A stretch of DNA of 64,000 nucleotides from Eledone cirrhosa (lineage: Eukaryota): assembly GCA_964016885.1 (NCBI GenBank), contig OZ024745.1, positions 17,732,001 through 17,796,000 on the forward strand. Direction: 5' to 3'. Of this stretch, positions 40,631 to 55,045 are shown piece after piece. The notes below the pieces were generated by a model. The model saw only the letters and a program-made list of their open reading frames with translations. It did no database searches and had not been told where the DNA came from. Numbering within the stretch: the stretch's first letter is position 1; every line of letters starts with the position of its first letter. Made by a program: the position numbers and the translations under genes.

Positions 40631-40898
40631 CAATATTAAATAAATGGAAAACTATATTTATAAAACCATATTTATTTCATTATATATATTTCGGGGATAT
40701 CATATTAACAATATGCTATGCTATATTGTTAATATGATATCCCCGAAATATATATAATGAAATAAATATGGTTTTATAAATATAGTTTTCCATTTATTTA
40801 ATATTGTAAATATACTCCAAGTATTTGTCGAGTGCTTTTATATCAGTTATAAATATTTACTAGTTGTAACCCAACAATTTTAAATATAACTTTACATG
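40631..40898. mobile_element. Ultra-short fold-back insertion of the second Naiad element's pLTR
   Basis: ~40721-40898 matches the reverse complement of 53486-53660; 40631-40720 is its inverted copy; (TA)n on both sides. Confidence 0.88.
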
Positions 40899-40953
<55 letters not shown>

Positions 40954-40954
40954 T

Positions 40955-40987
<33 letters not shown>

Positions 40988-41443
40988 ACATGTATGCACT
41001 ATACAGGATTAAGAACATCTCACCAAATTGTCAGTGGTCGAAAATTGATTGTTTATAAAGAATAAGGTTTTATGTTACTAAATCATTTAAGCCAGTCTTC
41101 GGGCCTAATTATACATATTGAATGCAGATCAATATGACGACCCACCAATAATGTACAAAAATTTAATCTAGACAAAGAATGATGAAGAATTTGTTTTTCA
41201 TTCCTCGTTGAAAAGAATGTTAACATATGTAGGTGACGGAACGCATGGTAGCATTCTCACACATGAGACTGCTAATATCAGTAATTATAGAGTATAGAGA
41301 ACCGAGAGAATGTATGTATATATATATACTACTGTACGTCTGTATACATGTATGTATGTACGTGTACATACTTATATTTAAGTAACAGCCGTACTAAGAG
41401 TGGGAAATGAAATTTCGTTTCATTTTTTCCGTTTATATATATA

Positions 41444-41527
<84 letters not shown>

Positions 41528-41529
41528 TG

Positions 41530-41561
<32 letters not shown>

Positions 41562-41568
41562 TTATATT

Positions 41569-41688
<120 letters not shown>

Positions 41689-42831
41689 TCGTGTGCTAGT
41701 TAGTTGCATGTATGGGTGTATACTAGTTTTAAAGTGTTACTGGTTGAAAACAGTATCTTCTGTATGGGCCCCTACACAGAGAAGTGGCAGTAGAATTTAT
41801 ACCGTGTGTACTGTCAATACGCCTATGTCTTTTTACACCATGCAGTACATCTACATTATCACCGAAACGCGCCAAATTGAACTATATCTGCATCACAAAG
41901 AGTATCTAGGTGATCCAATACGTCACGGAGTATGTAGGTGACCGAATATATAACACGTATCGATGACCTACCCGTCTATTTATAACATTATCAAGAAGTA
42001 ATTTGAATTGATTGGTCGTGAATTTTTTATTTGTAATCCATATTTCTAATCCCAATATATGTTATCGGTGAGTATAGAGTATATCTTGCAGTTCCAGTAA
42101 AGAAGAGACAGCTGAAAGGTTCATAGGCTAACAAATATACTCTCACAGAATGAACAAATGAGCTTGATCTTTCAACATAGGCCCTAATAACAAACAATGC
42201 AGTTATTAATAAGAAGTGTTGAAATTATTGCATGTATGATTTCACCACTCTCTCATCACTCCATCATAGTCACCCTATGAACCTTTCAGACTACGCTCGT
42301 ATATCAAAGTTTATAGTTGGCAATTGACAGCGCCGTATTGAAATAAATGTATACTATTGATGAGAATAACGCTTTTATATACGTTTGTATTAAATCCAGT
42401 GTAATTTATTTTGAATATTGATAGGGATTTTTATCGATGCTCTCTCTATCGGTGCTTTAGAATTCAAGAATCTCCGGCAATCTTGTGAGAGTTCTTGCGT
42501 ATGATCTATGAAGCAGTTTTTTTTTGTTTGTTTTTTAACATATAGTTCATTTAAAGCATTTGACGTTGCAGAGATCTTTGTATTTATATTCCGGATACGT
42601 TGCTTATTTTACTATATATAAAGAATATTTCACGCATTATATATTTTGTTTTATATTCCGAAGTTTCAAAATAATTCTGAATTTATTTTTCCGAAGTGGA
42701 GTTCTAGCCGAGCGTCTAGTTTTATTATTGTTCCGTATAGAATGAAAATATTGGGGTCTGGTGGGCAATGTGCTGAAACTCTCCTTTCAGTGGGTTCTCT
42801 CAGAAGCAATCGTCTCCAATTGATTCAGCTG

Positions 42832-43160
42832 GTTTCTTATTGAAACACAAGGCCAACAATTTTGTGGAGGAGGGAAATGAATTAAAGCGGCACCAGTGTA
42901 TCAACCCGTTAGAATAAAAAGCAAAGCTAGCCTCGGCGGGATTTGAACTTAAAATGTAAAAGGCTGGAACTATATTGAGAATAATAATGATTTCTGATTT
43001 AGGCACATGGCCAGAAAGTTTTTGTTTGCGGGTGGGGGTGGGGGGCATCGATTAAATCGAACTCATTATGTTAGTGGTGCTTTATTTTTTCGACCCCATA
43101 AGAATGATAATTGCAACTTGCTTTGGCAGGATTTGAACTTAGAACGTATGAGGCCGTAAC
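42832..43160 (-). mobile_element. Two diverged OK-like SINE fragments
   Basis: CACAAGGCCAACAATTTTG...CCTCGGCGGGATTTGAACT and AGGCACATGGCCAGAAAGTTT...GGCAGGATTTGAACTTAGAAC. Confidence 0.7.
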
Positions 43161-44300
43161 TCTATTGAAAGTAATAATAAAAAAAACAATTATGTTAGAA
43201 ATAAGAAAGTGTGTTGAGGAAAGTAATATAAACAAAACATAAACTTATAGAGTAATAAATACACAACTAGAATTATCTAGGTTATTAAATGAATCCTTTT
43301 CGTGAATTCTATCAGTAAATGATGAATCTAAATTGATTTTATTTCGGTTGCTGACACGCTAAAGGTTAAATATGGTGTTAATGTAAATTCATTTGTTTAT
43401 TTCTTTTGAAAATATCGACAGGAAATAATTACGATTTAAGTCTCCGCTTTATCAATGTTGAATTAATTTTCAATTCTTTCCAATGAAATTACTTCTAGTA
43501 AATTATTCAAATATTATCTCTGTTGTCAGACACTTTGGTCCGTATCTCAAATGCGAATCAACAGAATTCTTAAGCCTTTTATAATAACAAAGTCTGAATT
43601 ATCCATTAATATGATTTTCTTTATACAGATTACAATCTTGATGAAAACAATGATAAATCTGTTTATGGATATTAAATGAAGGTATAGTAAATATGTCCCA
43701 ACAACTGTTTATGATAAAATTAGTCGTTGATTACTATCAAAATTATTCGTCTGCATTGGAATATCCGCCATGAAATTGAGAATATGTGGTTTTGCTAAGT
43801 TGAAATGATATATGTTTGATGGAGACATACAATTACAACCATTAATTGAGCCAAAACGTTTAAACTTGGATACTCAACCTGTTGGAAAGATTTTCTGAAA
43901 GAATCGCCGAAATAATTATACAATCAATCTAATTCAATTTATAATACTTACACATATAATTGCCAGGAATGTGTGCAGAATACTCTTACTGTCAATGTCA
44001 TCTACATCTCAATCTATCAGCACCTTATAAAACCTGATTTTATATATCACGGTAAATCGACAGTTAGATATTATTATATGAATTTATGGATACCGATACT
44101 GCCAATTCACTGCCCTTTATGGATATAAAGAATTGTTTCTACTTTAGGCACAAGGCCAGCAATTAACCAGTGCATTACTGGTACTTTATTTTATATACCA
44201 AAACTCATATACATACATAAATACACAATCACACAGACACACACACGCATATATATTTACATATATATATATATATATATATAGTTTTAATATAGATGAG

Positions 44301-44347
44301 ATTCTACAGGACTAGAACTGTTTCATTCATTAGAAATCATCAGGAAT
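44301..44347 (-). ncRNA. Type I hammerhead ribozyme at the end of a probable PLE 3' remnant (~44283-44830)
   Basis: Reverse complement ATTC-CTGATGA-T-TTC/TAAT/GAA-T-GAAA-CAG/TTCTAGTC/CTG-TA-GAAT; ~20 bp from (TA)n. Confidence 0.8.
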
Positions 44348-44859
44348 ATGGGTATCAAAAAATAAATATGGTATTTATAGGTCTCTACAAGTGGTAGGAG
44401 AGGGTGGGGAGTGGGATGGGTGCAGGTCATTGGTTGATAGAAAAGGGAATTCATTAAAAGCTAATTCTACAAAGCTATAGTTTATTTTTATTTATTTATG
44501 TTTTTAGAGTAACAAGGGTGGACAGAATTCTATAAACAGGTTCCGGATGGCATACCATTCCTTGTCATTAAGTTTCTCTTAAGCTAACAGATGTCTATAA
44601 AATCAGTGGGGGGTCAGTCATGGTCGATAGAATTAAAGAAAAGGGAGATTCTTTAAAAGCTAAAATCATTAAGGTTCTACTAAGTGACAAAGGTCTAGAG
44701 AATTCTGCAGACAGATTCAAAATACTGAGTGCATATCTTACTATTATCTTCGAACTTCTCTTAAACTAATCAACTATATGCCAAAAATCAACAGACACAT
44801 TCACAAAAAAACAAAAAAACACATACTCACTCACACACTTACGCGCAACCATAAACACA

Positions 44860-45526
<667 letters not shown>

Positions 45527-46232
45527 ATTCCACATCTCACAATGCTTCAATTTTTCATATTAACTACAGTAATATATATCAAATATAGATTGATATTTTG
45601 TATATCGACAGTCTAATGATGAAAAATGAAGTGAAACACTGGAATATAAAGTTAAAAAATAGAGGCCAGACCTTATACCAACGCCAAATCCCTAACCCGG
45701 TTGCAACCTTGTCACTGTACACATACGTATGAATCTATTATATATTTAAAATTGATGCGTTCTGTAACACACAACACGCAATGTACGTAAGCCAACGTTT
45801 TGTTAATATGTGTATCATAATTAAATTTTGGATTGATAATGTTATACTGATTTCAATTTTAAAACAGATAATCTATATTAAAACTGTTTCTCTAGTAAAC
45901 GTATTTCTCGAAATACTTTATAAAAAAATAAATACTCCATGAAAGAAATCGGTTTGATAAAATCTGTTCCATAGGTCGTTTCTATAAACAGTTCTTTCAA
46001 AAAGAAACCGTTTCGATGGAAATATCTACCACGGGATATTTCCTATTATAGTATATTCCGAAATGTTCCTAAACCATAACTATTGTTTTCATACGTAATG
46101 TTGAGAGAGAAATACAATGAGAAAGAGATTGTGGGGGAAATAAAGATACATATAGCGATAGTAACTAACCTCACAGAAAGTGACGCTTTCTCAGCCGTTG
46201 TTGCCAGCTTGCGTGGTCGTTTCTCAATACAC

Positions 46233-46317
46233 CATTCGTGAACCGAGCATTCGTAAAAAAATGTTTGTTAACTGATTTGTTCGTGATGAGACGCGTTCGT
46301 GAACCGAGGTTCCAGTG
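46233..46317. mobile_element. Tigger/pogo-like (Tc1-mariner) terminal inverted repeat remnant
   Basis: Reverse complement TA-CACTGGAACCTCGGTTCACGAAC with repeated TTCGTGAACCGAG subterminal motifs; only one end seen. Confidence 0.5.
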
Positions 46318-46482
46318 TATAGATATACATTACAGCGCCTCGTCATTTTTATTTACAGTTCATTTTGCAATAATATCCAGATAACTTACTTCATCAAAGT
46401 ACTGGTTTCAAGATATTACTTTCCCTCTTCGTTCTATTCAACTCTCTGACGGCCAACTCCACAACGCAAATCTATGTAATAT

Positions 46483-46551
<69 letters not shown>

Positions 46552-46859
46552 GAGACATCAATTTCTCCTTTCCTTCGAAGTGAATACGATGAAGTGCCAT
46601 TCGCTCGATTATAAATTCTCTAAAACTACTTACCACTCCCATTCTTCTGAAGAGAATTTAATTGATCCAATAAATCAGTTGTCAATGACAGTTATATATA
46701 TCAAGCTTCTACTTACTTCATGAATAGACTCTATGAACTTCCAAATATATAATTCACATCAGGGATTGTTAGTATTGTAACAGATATATTTACGGATGTC
46801 ACGTTAATACATCGCATACTACAGGCACAATGCATAATTCTAAATTACGTATAACAAAG

Positions 46860-48662
46860 AAACTGGGTGTCGGCGTGTCCGGTGGCTGTGAGGGAGCCTC
46901 TCATGCAATCAGGCAGTTCTTCAGCAGCTGCCCATCAGTACCGGTATCCAGGGACTCCAGGCACCTGATTGTCAAGCTTGACATGAGGAATGCCTTTAGC
47001 TCTTTACGTCGGGATCATCTGCTCGAGGCCTGCCTCAACCGAGCCCCCTCTTCCTACCCGCTGGCCTACCTGTCATATGGAGCCCCGAGCATGCTCTTAG
47101 CTGCTGATACGGTCATACAGGGCGACCCTTTGGTACCCCTCCTGTTCGCTCTTGGTATTGACCACATCGCCCGGAGTATCACGGCCCCTCTCAACGTTTG
47201 ATATCTGGATGATGCTACGTTGGGCGGGCCCTTACGGACGGTCTGCCAAGACCTTCAATCGGTGATTCCTGCCATGGCGGGAATCGGCCTCCACGTCAAC
47301 TCGGCCAAGTCGGAGGTGGTGAACGTCAGCCTCGATGCAGTGAGCTTTGCAGCACCCGTCTTGGACGCGCGGTCCATTCTCCGCCAGGTTCAGGTGACCC
47401 GCAAAGAGGATGTCCACATCCTCGGGTCACCGATCCACCCGCCGGCCATCCGCTCCACCATCAGGTCCAGGCTTGAACAGCTGCAGACTCTCACGAGCCG
47501 ACTGGGCTTGATTGACGGCCACCCAGCTCTCTTTCTGCTGAGGAACTGCTTCGCCATGCCGAAGCCCCTCTATACACTCCGCAGCGCTCCATGCTACACC
47601 CAGACATCTCTCCTCGCTGACCTCGATACTTGTATCCGAGCAGCAGCCGAGGGGATATGCAACGACAAGTTTAACGATATAGGGTGGCAACAGGCCACTT
47701 TACCGGTCAGGTATGGCGGCCTAGGCCTCCGGTCCCCGATCTCACTAGCTTTGCCGGCGTATCTTTCGTCGGTAACCTCGTTCCGCATCCTCGTCAGCAG
47801 GGTTCTTCAAAACACAACAGAACCCTCTGTGTTCAGAGAACGTGAAGCCGCCTGTGAGACGTGGTACCGGCTGGGACTTGGCCCATTAGACGTCCCTCAT
47901 CCTTCTCCCTATGTTGACGTCAAGTCCCACCAACGCACTTGGGATGACCTCCAGTGCAGCCTGGCCTCAGGCAGGCTCACGCGCCAGTTCGACCAGCACC
48001 GCCTTGCTTGCTTTCGTGCGGCCTCCAAACCCCACAGTAGTGCCTGGCTCCATGCTCTGCCCACCTTCTCCACTGGTACGCAGTTAGACAACCATAGCCT
48101 GCGAATCGGCGTTTCCCTGAGGCTCGGCCTTCGGATCTGCCAGCCACACCAATGTCGCTGCGGTTCCACCGTGGACTCTTTCGGCATCCACACGCTTTCC
48201 TGTCGACACAGTGCCGGCCGCATTCCACGCCATACTGCCCTCTACGATGTCATTAAGCATGGCTTGGACGCTGCAGGCTTCCCTTCCCTGCTCGAGCCGG
48301 TGGGGCTTTATCGAGGGGATGGCAAAAGACCAGATGGCATGACCATCTTCCCGTTCCGCGGTGGAAATCCCCTCGTCTGGGATGCCACTTGCACCGAACT
48401 TTCTGCAGCCGCAACCTGGTGCAGTCTGCGACTGACACAGTTTCTGCTGCACATCGGGCTGAGGGGGCCAAACTCTTCAAATACCGGTCGCTCTCCGACA
48501 GGTTTGCGGTCGTTCCCCTGGCAGTGGAAACTTCTGTTGTCCTCGGCCCAGGGCTACCTCCTTACTCACCACTATAGGCGCTGAGCTTTTCCAGCGCGTC
48601 TCCCTTGCCGTCTTCCGGGGAAACGCCTTCTCCATTCTGTCCGCCGGTGCAGTGGATGGGCC
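46860..48662 (+). mobile_element. CRE-like non-LTR retrotransposon fragment (RT + restriction-like endonuclease), decayed
   Basis: LGVGVSGGCE, KLDMRNAF, QGDPLVPLLF, (W>stop)YLDD, LPVRYGGLGLR, CRC..H..SC zinc knuckle, RH, KRPDG, WDAT; sharp GC-rich block. Confidence 0.9.
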
Positions 48663-49033
48663 CAATTGCGTACCATTACATTAGTTAAATACCATTCTTT
48701 CATCCCAGTAGAGTTCATCAAACATGTTTGTGGGTCTACGACTTCTTTTATACCATAAACGTGGTTTTGTCTTTGCGTGTAATTGTTTTTAAGATACAAT
48801 TGTGGTATACATAAATTAACCCATTTTCATACTCCCGAATATCATATATTGTTAGAGAGCAATAACACGTATTGGGAATATCACAACATTAGTTTATATT
48901 GACTCATTTCTGATGGAATTTTCTACCTGCGTGTTCGATTCATCATATTGTCATTGATAGAGTGACCAGGAATTCCTACATGTACTGATTAAAGATTATC
49001 GAGTTCCTAATCCCCCAAATTTTATATATATAT

Positions 49034-49116
<83 letters not shown>

Positions 49117-49187
49117 CGTGTGTGTACGTGTGTGTGTATAATCATATGCAAGATAATATGTATATATTATATATATATATAGAAATA

Positions 49188-49908
49188 TATTTATTAAAAT
49201 AACAGATTAAAGTTTAAGCAAAGAATTGCTGCTTTCACTCTTAACGTGATCTTCTGAAACTCAGTTTCGTACTAAGTAAGTGCCGTCATAAGAGTGAGAA
49301 ATGAAATTTCGTTTCATTCTATTCCATTTATTGTTTTCGGTGTGCCCGGCCGACTGAACTCACTCGATATGCAAATTAGGCTGCTCAGCCGTTAATATGC
49401 ATAAGGAAAGTATATACTTTCAGACGTTCAACCATCTGGCAGGACGGCATACGATGCTGGCGATAGCTCATAAGCTTGAAACTAGTACATCGTTCCTGTG
49501 TCAGTGTTGAACAAAAAGGTGACGTGGTTGCCTAAACACTGTACGGCGTCATTCGGGCTGTTTGTTTGTTTACATATACGTTCATACATATATATATGCA
49601 GGTATCGGTTTACCGAACATTTATTATAAAGCTCGGTTTGTTTGTTTACAAAAAAACAAACCGGTGACGTGGTTTATTTGTTTACAAAAAAAAACAAACC
49701 GGTGACGTGGTTTATTTTTTTACAAAAAAATAAAAAGGTGACGTGGTTGCCTAAACACTGTACGGCGTAATTCGGGCTGTTTGTTTGTTTACATATATGT
49801 TCATACATATATATATGCACGTATCGGTTTACAAAAAAACGGCTAGTTCTGGTCTCCAGAAATAGCCGTCGAAACGGCTTGACCTCTGCTGTCGGGGTCA
49901 TACTTTTT

Positions 49909-49911
<3 letters not shown>
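49188..49911. mobile_element. Chimeric insertion: family C end (minus) joined to family D body (plus)
   Basis: 49188-49261 matches 27035-27107; 49280-49630 is the inverse of 39340-39665; local duplications at 49630-49830; (TA)-rich on both sides. Confidence 0.75.
49451..49493 (+). ncRNA. Family D hammerhead ribozyme (core CTGGCGA, one substitution)
   Basis: ACGATG-CTGGCGA-T-AGCT/CATA/AGCT-T-GAAA-CTAG-TA-CATCGT; stem I perfect. Confidence 0.72.
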
Positions 49912-49986
<75 letters not shown>

Positions 49987-50609
49987 ACAAATACCTAAGT
50001 CTCTCTAAAGAGTTACCTCCCTCACACCCTACATAATCCTTTTTCTTAAATAAATTAAATATCATCCAGCATGAATTACCTCCCCCTGCATATTAACTCT
50101 CTAAAAGGGGAAATCTTATCAAACCTCAGTCCACCACTTGCCTCCATCGTCGATCGACTAAGCACTCTTGCTATATAAACACATTTTGATCTACTTTTCT
50201 TCAAGAACTATGCCTGTAAATAACATTATTTTTTCTTTCACATTGACTTATTATACTCCACATTACGTTCCTTTTTTTATTTTATTTTTTATTTTCACTT
50301 CATAAACCTTGTTTGTAAATAACATTATTATTTCTGCACCATTACTCTTAACATGTCCAACACCGCCATTCTACACCAATACATATTATTACCATTTGAT
50401 AATGCGTAAAAATGGTGAAACGGGTATTAGACAATTATTAAATATATAAATAAATAAATGCCATTGTTAATTAATAAACAAATCAACTAATACCTTAACA
50501 TTTTCACACAAAGTAAAATATTTCGTTTCAATCATTTCCTAACCCAACCCAGAAAAAAGAGAGAAATAAATAAAAAGGAAAATGTTTCTCCCTGTTTTCA
50601 TATATATAA

Positions 50610-50692
<83 letters not shown>

Positions 50693-50694
50693 TA

Positions 50695-52409
50695 TATAGA
50701 TAATTTAATATATCAACTAACATAAGCGCACAGATGCACGCCCATGCCAGCAAATACACAGGTTATGTCATAGTACCTAGGTGGTTCAATGCAGGAGAAT
50801 GCAGAACAATAATATAAAGGACGTAAAATAAAAAAAAATATTTTTTTAAAAAAAATTTTAAAAAAATTTTTTTCTTACTTAAATTTTCACTCCAACTAAT
50901 TAGTTTCTGCAATGGGATAAAGACAGTTACGTAATTCAACTGTCGAGAATTCATTGCGTCATCAGGAAGTCTATTCTCAGTTAAGTCTCCAGGCAATGCG
51001 CGGACACTGGCGGCTCATATAAAAATAATAATAATTCGGTAGATCGAACAGCTTGCGAGGACTGAATTCTATGTACCGAAATTCTCACTGCTTCAAGTCA
51101 AATGGCCGATTCTAAAGAATCAATCACGTGACACAGAGGCTAGTTAGAAGGAATTACGTAACTGTCTTTATCCCATTGCAGAAACTAATTAGTTGGAGTG
51201 AAAATTTAAGTAAGAAAAAAATTTTTTTTAAATTTTTTTTAAAAAAATATTTTTTTTTTATTTTACGTCCTTTATATTATTGTTCTGCATTCTCCTGCAT
51301 TGAACCACCTAGGTACTATGACATAACCTGTGTATTTGCTGGCATGGGCGTGCATCTGTGCGCTTATGTTAGTTGATATATTAAATTATCTATATTTATC
51401 TCCAAATCACTGATTTGTCGAGCAAACTTGTCAGAACCACTTCTAAAAAAATTTTTTTTTTGGGGTGTTAGTAGGCGTCAGTCATCTTACCATCCCATTC
51501 CTTCTAACTAGCCTCTGTGTCACGTGATTGATTCTTTAGAATCGGCCATTTGACTTGAAGCAGTGAGAATTTCGGTACATAGAATTCAGTCCTCGCAAGC
51601 TGTTCGATCTACCGAATTATTATTATTTTTATATGAGCCGCCAGTGTCCGCGCATTGCCTGGAGACTTAACTGAGAATAGACTTCCTGATGACGCAATGA
51701 ATTCTCGACAGTTGAATTACGTAACTGTCTTTATCCCATTGCAGAAACTAATTAGTTGGAGTGAAAATTTAAGTAAGAAAAAAATTTTTTTTAAATTTTT
51801 TTTAAAAAAATATTTTTTTTTTTATTTTACGTCCTTTATATTATTGTTCTGCATTCTCCTGCATTGAACCACCTAGGTACTATGACATAACCTGTGTATT
51901 TGCTGGCATGGGCGTGCATCTGTGCGCTTATGTTAGTTGATATATTAAATTATCTATATTTATCTCCAAATCACTGATTTGTCGAGCAAACTTGTCAGAA
52001 CCACTTCTAAAAAAATTTTTTTTTTTTTTGGGGTGTTAGTAGGCGTCAGTCATCTTACCATCCCATTCCTTCTAACTAGCCTCTGTGTCACGTGATTGAT
52101 TCTTTAGAATCGGCCATTTGACTTGAAGCAGTGAGAATTTCGGTACATAGAATTCAGTCCTCGCAAGCTGTTCGATCTACCGAATTATTATTATTTTTAT
52201 ATGAGCCGCCAGTGTCCGCGCATTGCCTGGAGACTTAACTGAGAATAGACTTCCTGATGACGCAATGAATTCTCGACAGTTGAATTACGTAACTGTCTTT
52301 ATCCCATTGCAGAAACTAATTAGTTGGAGTGAAAATTTAAGTAAGAAAAAAATTTTTTTTAAATTTTTTTTAAAAAAATATTTTTTTTTTTTATTTTACG
52401 TCCTTTATA
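50695..52409. mobile_element. Family A retrozyme-like array, variant 2 (568-bp period; ~0.8 unit minus + ~2.2 units plus)
   Basis: HHRs at 50890-50969 (-), 51682-51761 (+), 52250-52329 (+); junction at 51151-51154 with GAAT microhomology; (TA)n flanks. Confidence 0.9.
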
Positions 52410-52436
52410 AATAAATATATATATATAATATATATA

Positions 52437-52480
<44 letters not shown>

Positions 52481-52483
<3 letters not shown>

Positions 52484-53438
52484 AATTAATATATCTACCG
52501 ACATATGTATACAGATGCATACCTACGCTAACAGATATATATGTTTTGTCTTAGTAACTTTGTAGTTCTATGACTTAATAGCAGCCCCAGTCCAAGCTGG
52601 TTAACCTCAGTGTCACGTGATTAATTCTTTTGAATTTGCCACTTGACCAAGGAGGCAGCGAATTGTTCAGTGCTTAGAATCTAGCCCCGCTCGATTTTTT
52701 CGATTTTTTCCATCCACTGAATTATTGTTATATAAGCTTCCAGTGTCCTCTCATTGCCTGGTGGCTTAGCTGAGAATAGACTCCCTGATGACGTAAGGCT
52801 TCTCTACAGGTATTACATAACTGCATTTATCCCCTTACAGAAATTAATTAGTTGGAGTGAAATTTTAGTAAGTAAGTCAATTTTCATAACTTTCTTATTT
52901 ACGTCTTTCATATAATTGTTCTGCATTCCCCTGCATAGAACTACAAAGTTACTAAGACAAAACATATATATCTGCTAGCGTAGGTATGCATCTGTATACA
53001 TATGTCGGTAGATATATTAATTCTTTATATACTACTCCAAATTATTTGTTGAGCAAAATTTGCCAAATTACTACTGTAAATGATAGTAGTAGCTAGCCTC
53101 TGTCTTAATAGCACCCCCACTCCAAGCTGGTTAACATCAGTGTCACGTGATTAATTCTTTTGAATTTACCACTTGACCAAGGAGGCAGCGAATTTTCAGT
53201 CAGTGCTTAGAATCTAGCCCCGCTCGATTTTTTCGCTTTTTTCCATCCACTGAATTATTGTTATATAAGCTTCCAGTGTCCTCTCATTGCCTGGTGGCTT
53301 AGCTGAGAATAGTCTCCCTGATGACGTAAGGCTTCTCTACAGGTATTACATAACTGTATTTATCCCCTTACAGAAACTAATTAGTTGGAGTCAAATTTTA
53401 GTAAGTAAGTCAATTTTCATAACTTTCTTATTTACGTC

Positions 53439-53443
<5 letters not shown>
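52481..53443. mobile_element. Family A retrozyme-like array, diverged variant 3 (533-bp period)
   Basis: Inverted arm 52481-52571, then ~1.6 plus-strand units; HHRs at 52781-52857 and 53314-53390. Confidence 0.88.
53314..53390 (+). ncRNA. Family A variant 3 hammerhead ribozyme
   Basis: CTCC-CTGATGA-C-GTAAGG..CCTTAC-A-GAAA-CTAATTAG-TT-GGAG. Confidence 0.83.
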
Positions 53444-53488
<45 letters not shown>

Positions 53489-53619
53489 GGAAAGTTATAT
53501 TTAAATTGTTGGGTTACAACTAGTAAATATTTATAACTGATATAAAAGCACTCGACAAGTATTTGGAGTATATTTACAATATTAAATAAATGGAAACTAT
53601 ATTTATAAAACCATATTTA

Positions 53620-53681
53620 TTTCATTATATATATTTCAGGGATATCATATTAACAATATGCTATGCCTTCCTCAGACAAAA
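53620..53681 (-). ncRNA. Hammerhead ribozyme in PLE pLTR
   Basis: Reverse complement TTTTGT-CTGAGGA-AGG..CATATT/GTT/AATATG..CCT-GAAA-TATATA-TA-ATGAAA. Confidence 0.78.
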
Positions 53682-55045
53682 TACAATATAAACAGTTTTA
53701 TAGATAAATAGATTTGACATACCGTAACAACATCGACTTGTATTTGAAAAGTTGAATTGGCAGTGAAAAAATTGTACACAGAGAGAAAGAAAGAGAGAAA
53801 AAAGGAAAGAAAGACAGAAAACGAAGAAAAAGAAGAAAAAAAGAAGAAATGCATGGAACAAAATAGAGAGATGGAAAGATAGATAAAGAGAAGAACTTCA
53901 TGTAAAGAAACAGAGAGATATATATATATATAGAGAGAGAGGAAATAGAGATAGATATATATATATAGAAAACTAGGTAGTGGGACGTCCGTTGAGTAAA
54001 CGTATCAATGATACATTTATTTATTTATTTATTTATTTAGCTCTAGTATTAATGTAAGGGAGATATATGTGGTTAGGAGAGAAACCAGCTGTTATATAGA
54101 GAGAAAAATTAAAAATTAAAAATAACCAGACATAGGCGAGGCATAAAAACCCTATGTTTTAATGTAGAGGTATTAGTATGTATAAAAACCAGCCACTATA
54201 TTGTAAATATCAGTATTCCTGAATGAGACATGTATCCATAATGTGTGAAAAGTAATGATCTTATGTTTAGTTTAAAAAAAAAAAAAAAAAATTCATATGT
54301 TTATGTGATAACTATAAACATCTATGTGAATTTACATGATCAACTCTGCAAACCCTAAGTTCACGGAAAACATTCTCATTGTGCTATAAATATTTAAGTA
54401 TACATATATGTGTATATATATACACACAAATATATATAGAGTCAATATTACTACTATTCCTGTCTTTACTCTACAAGATTATCTATCAAGCAGAAATAGA
54501 GAGCAGATTTCAATATACTAATAAAAATATATATCAGAAACAAAACCAAAAACAACAATAATAATAATAATAAGTAATAATAAAATAGAAAACTAAAAAA
54601 TATTACGAAAGAATATTACATATTAAAAATATTACATATTAAAAATATTAAAAATAAAAATATTAGAAAATACTACAATAATAAAAATAAACTACAAAGA
54701 TCAACCCTTCAAAATTAATTGACAATATATTGCCAAGTTCATTATAAGCATCAGAGTCGAAAAACAGATAAAGCTAAAAATTATTTATCAAATCGCATCT
54801 AGCAAAGATCATTTCAAAAAGTTTAGGATGCCCATTTGGTCTACATGTGTTCTTATATTTAATATAGAAGTTTATCTAGTGTAACGTTTATTCGAAATAT
54901 TTGGAGCATCAACTTTTAGGGTAGCTTAATTTTTCATGAAGAATGTTTAAATAAAAATAAAAATAAAAAATAAAAAAAATAAAAAGAAGAAATCGAAAGA
55001 TTTATCGGCTAGTTTCCCATATAATTATAAATCAAACTAAATATA

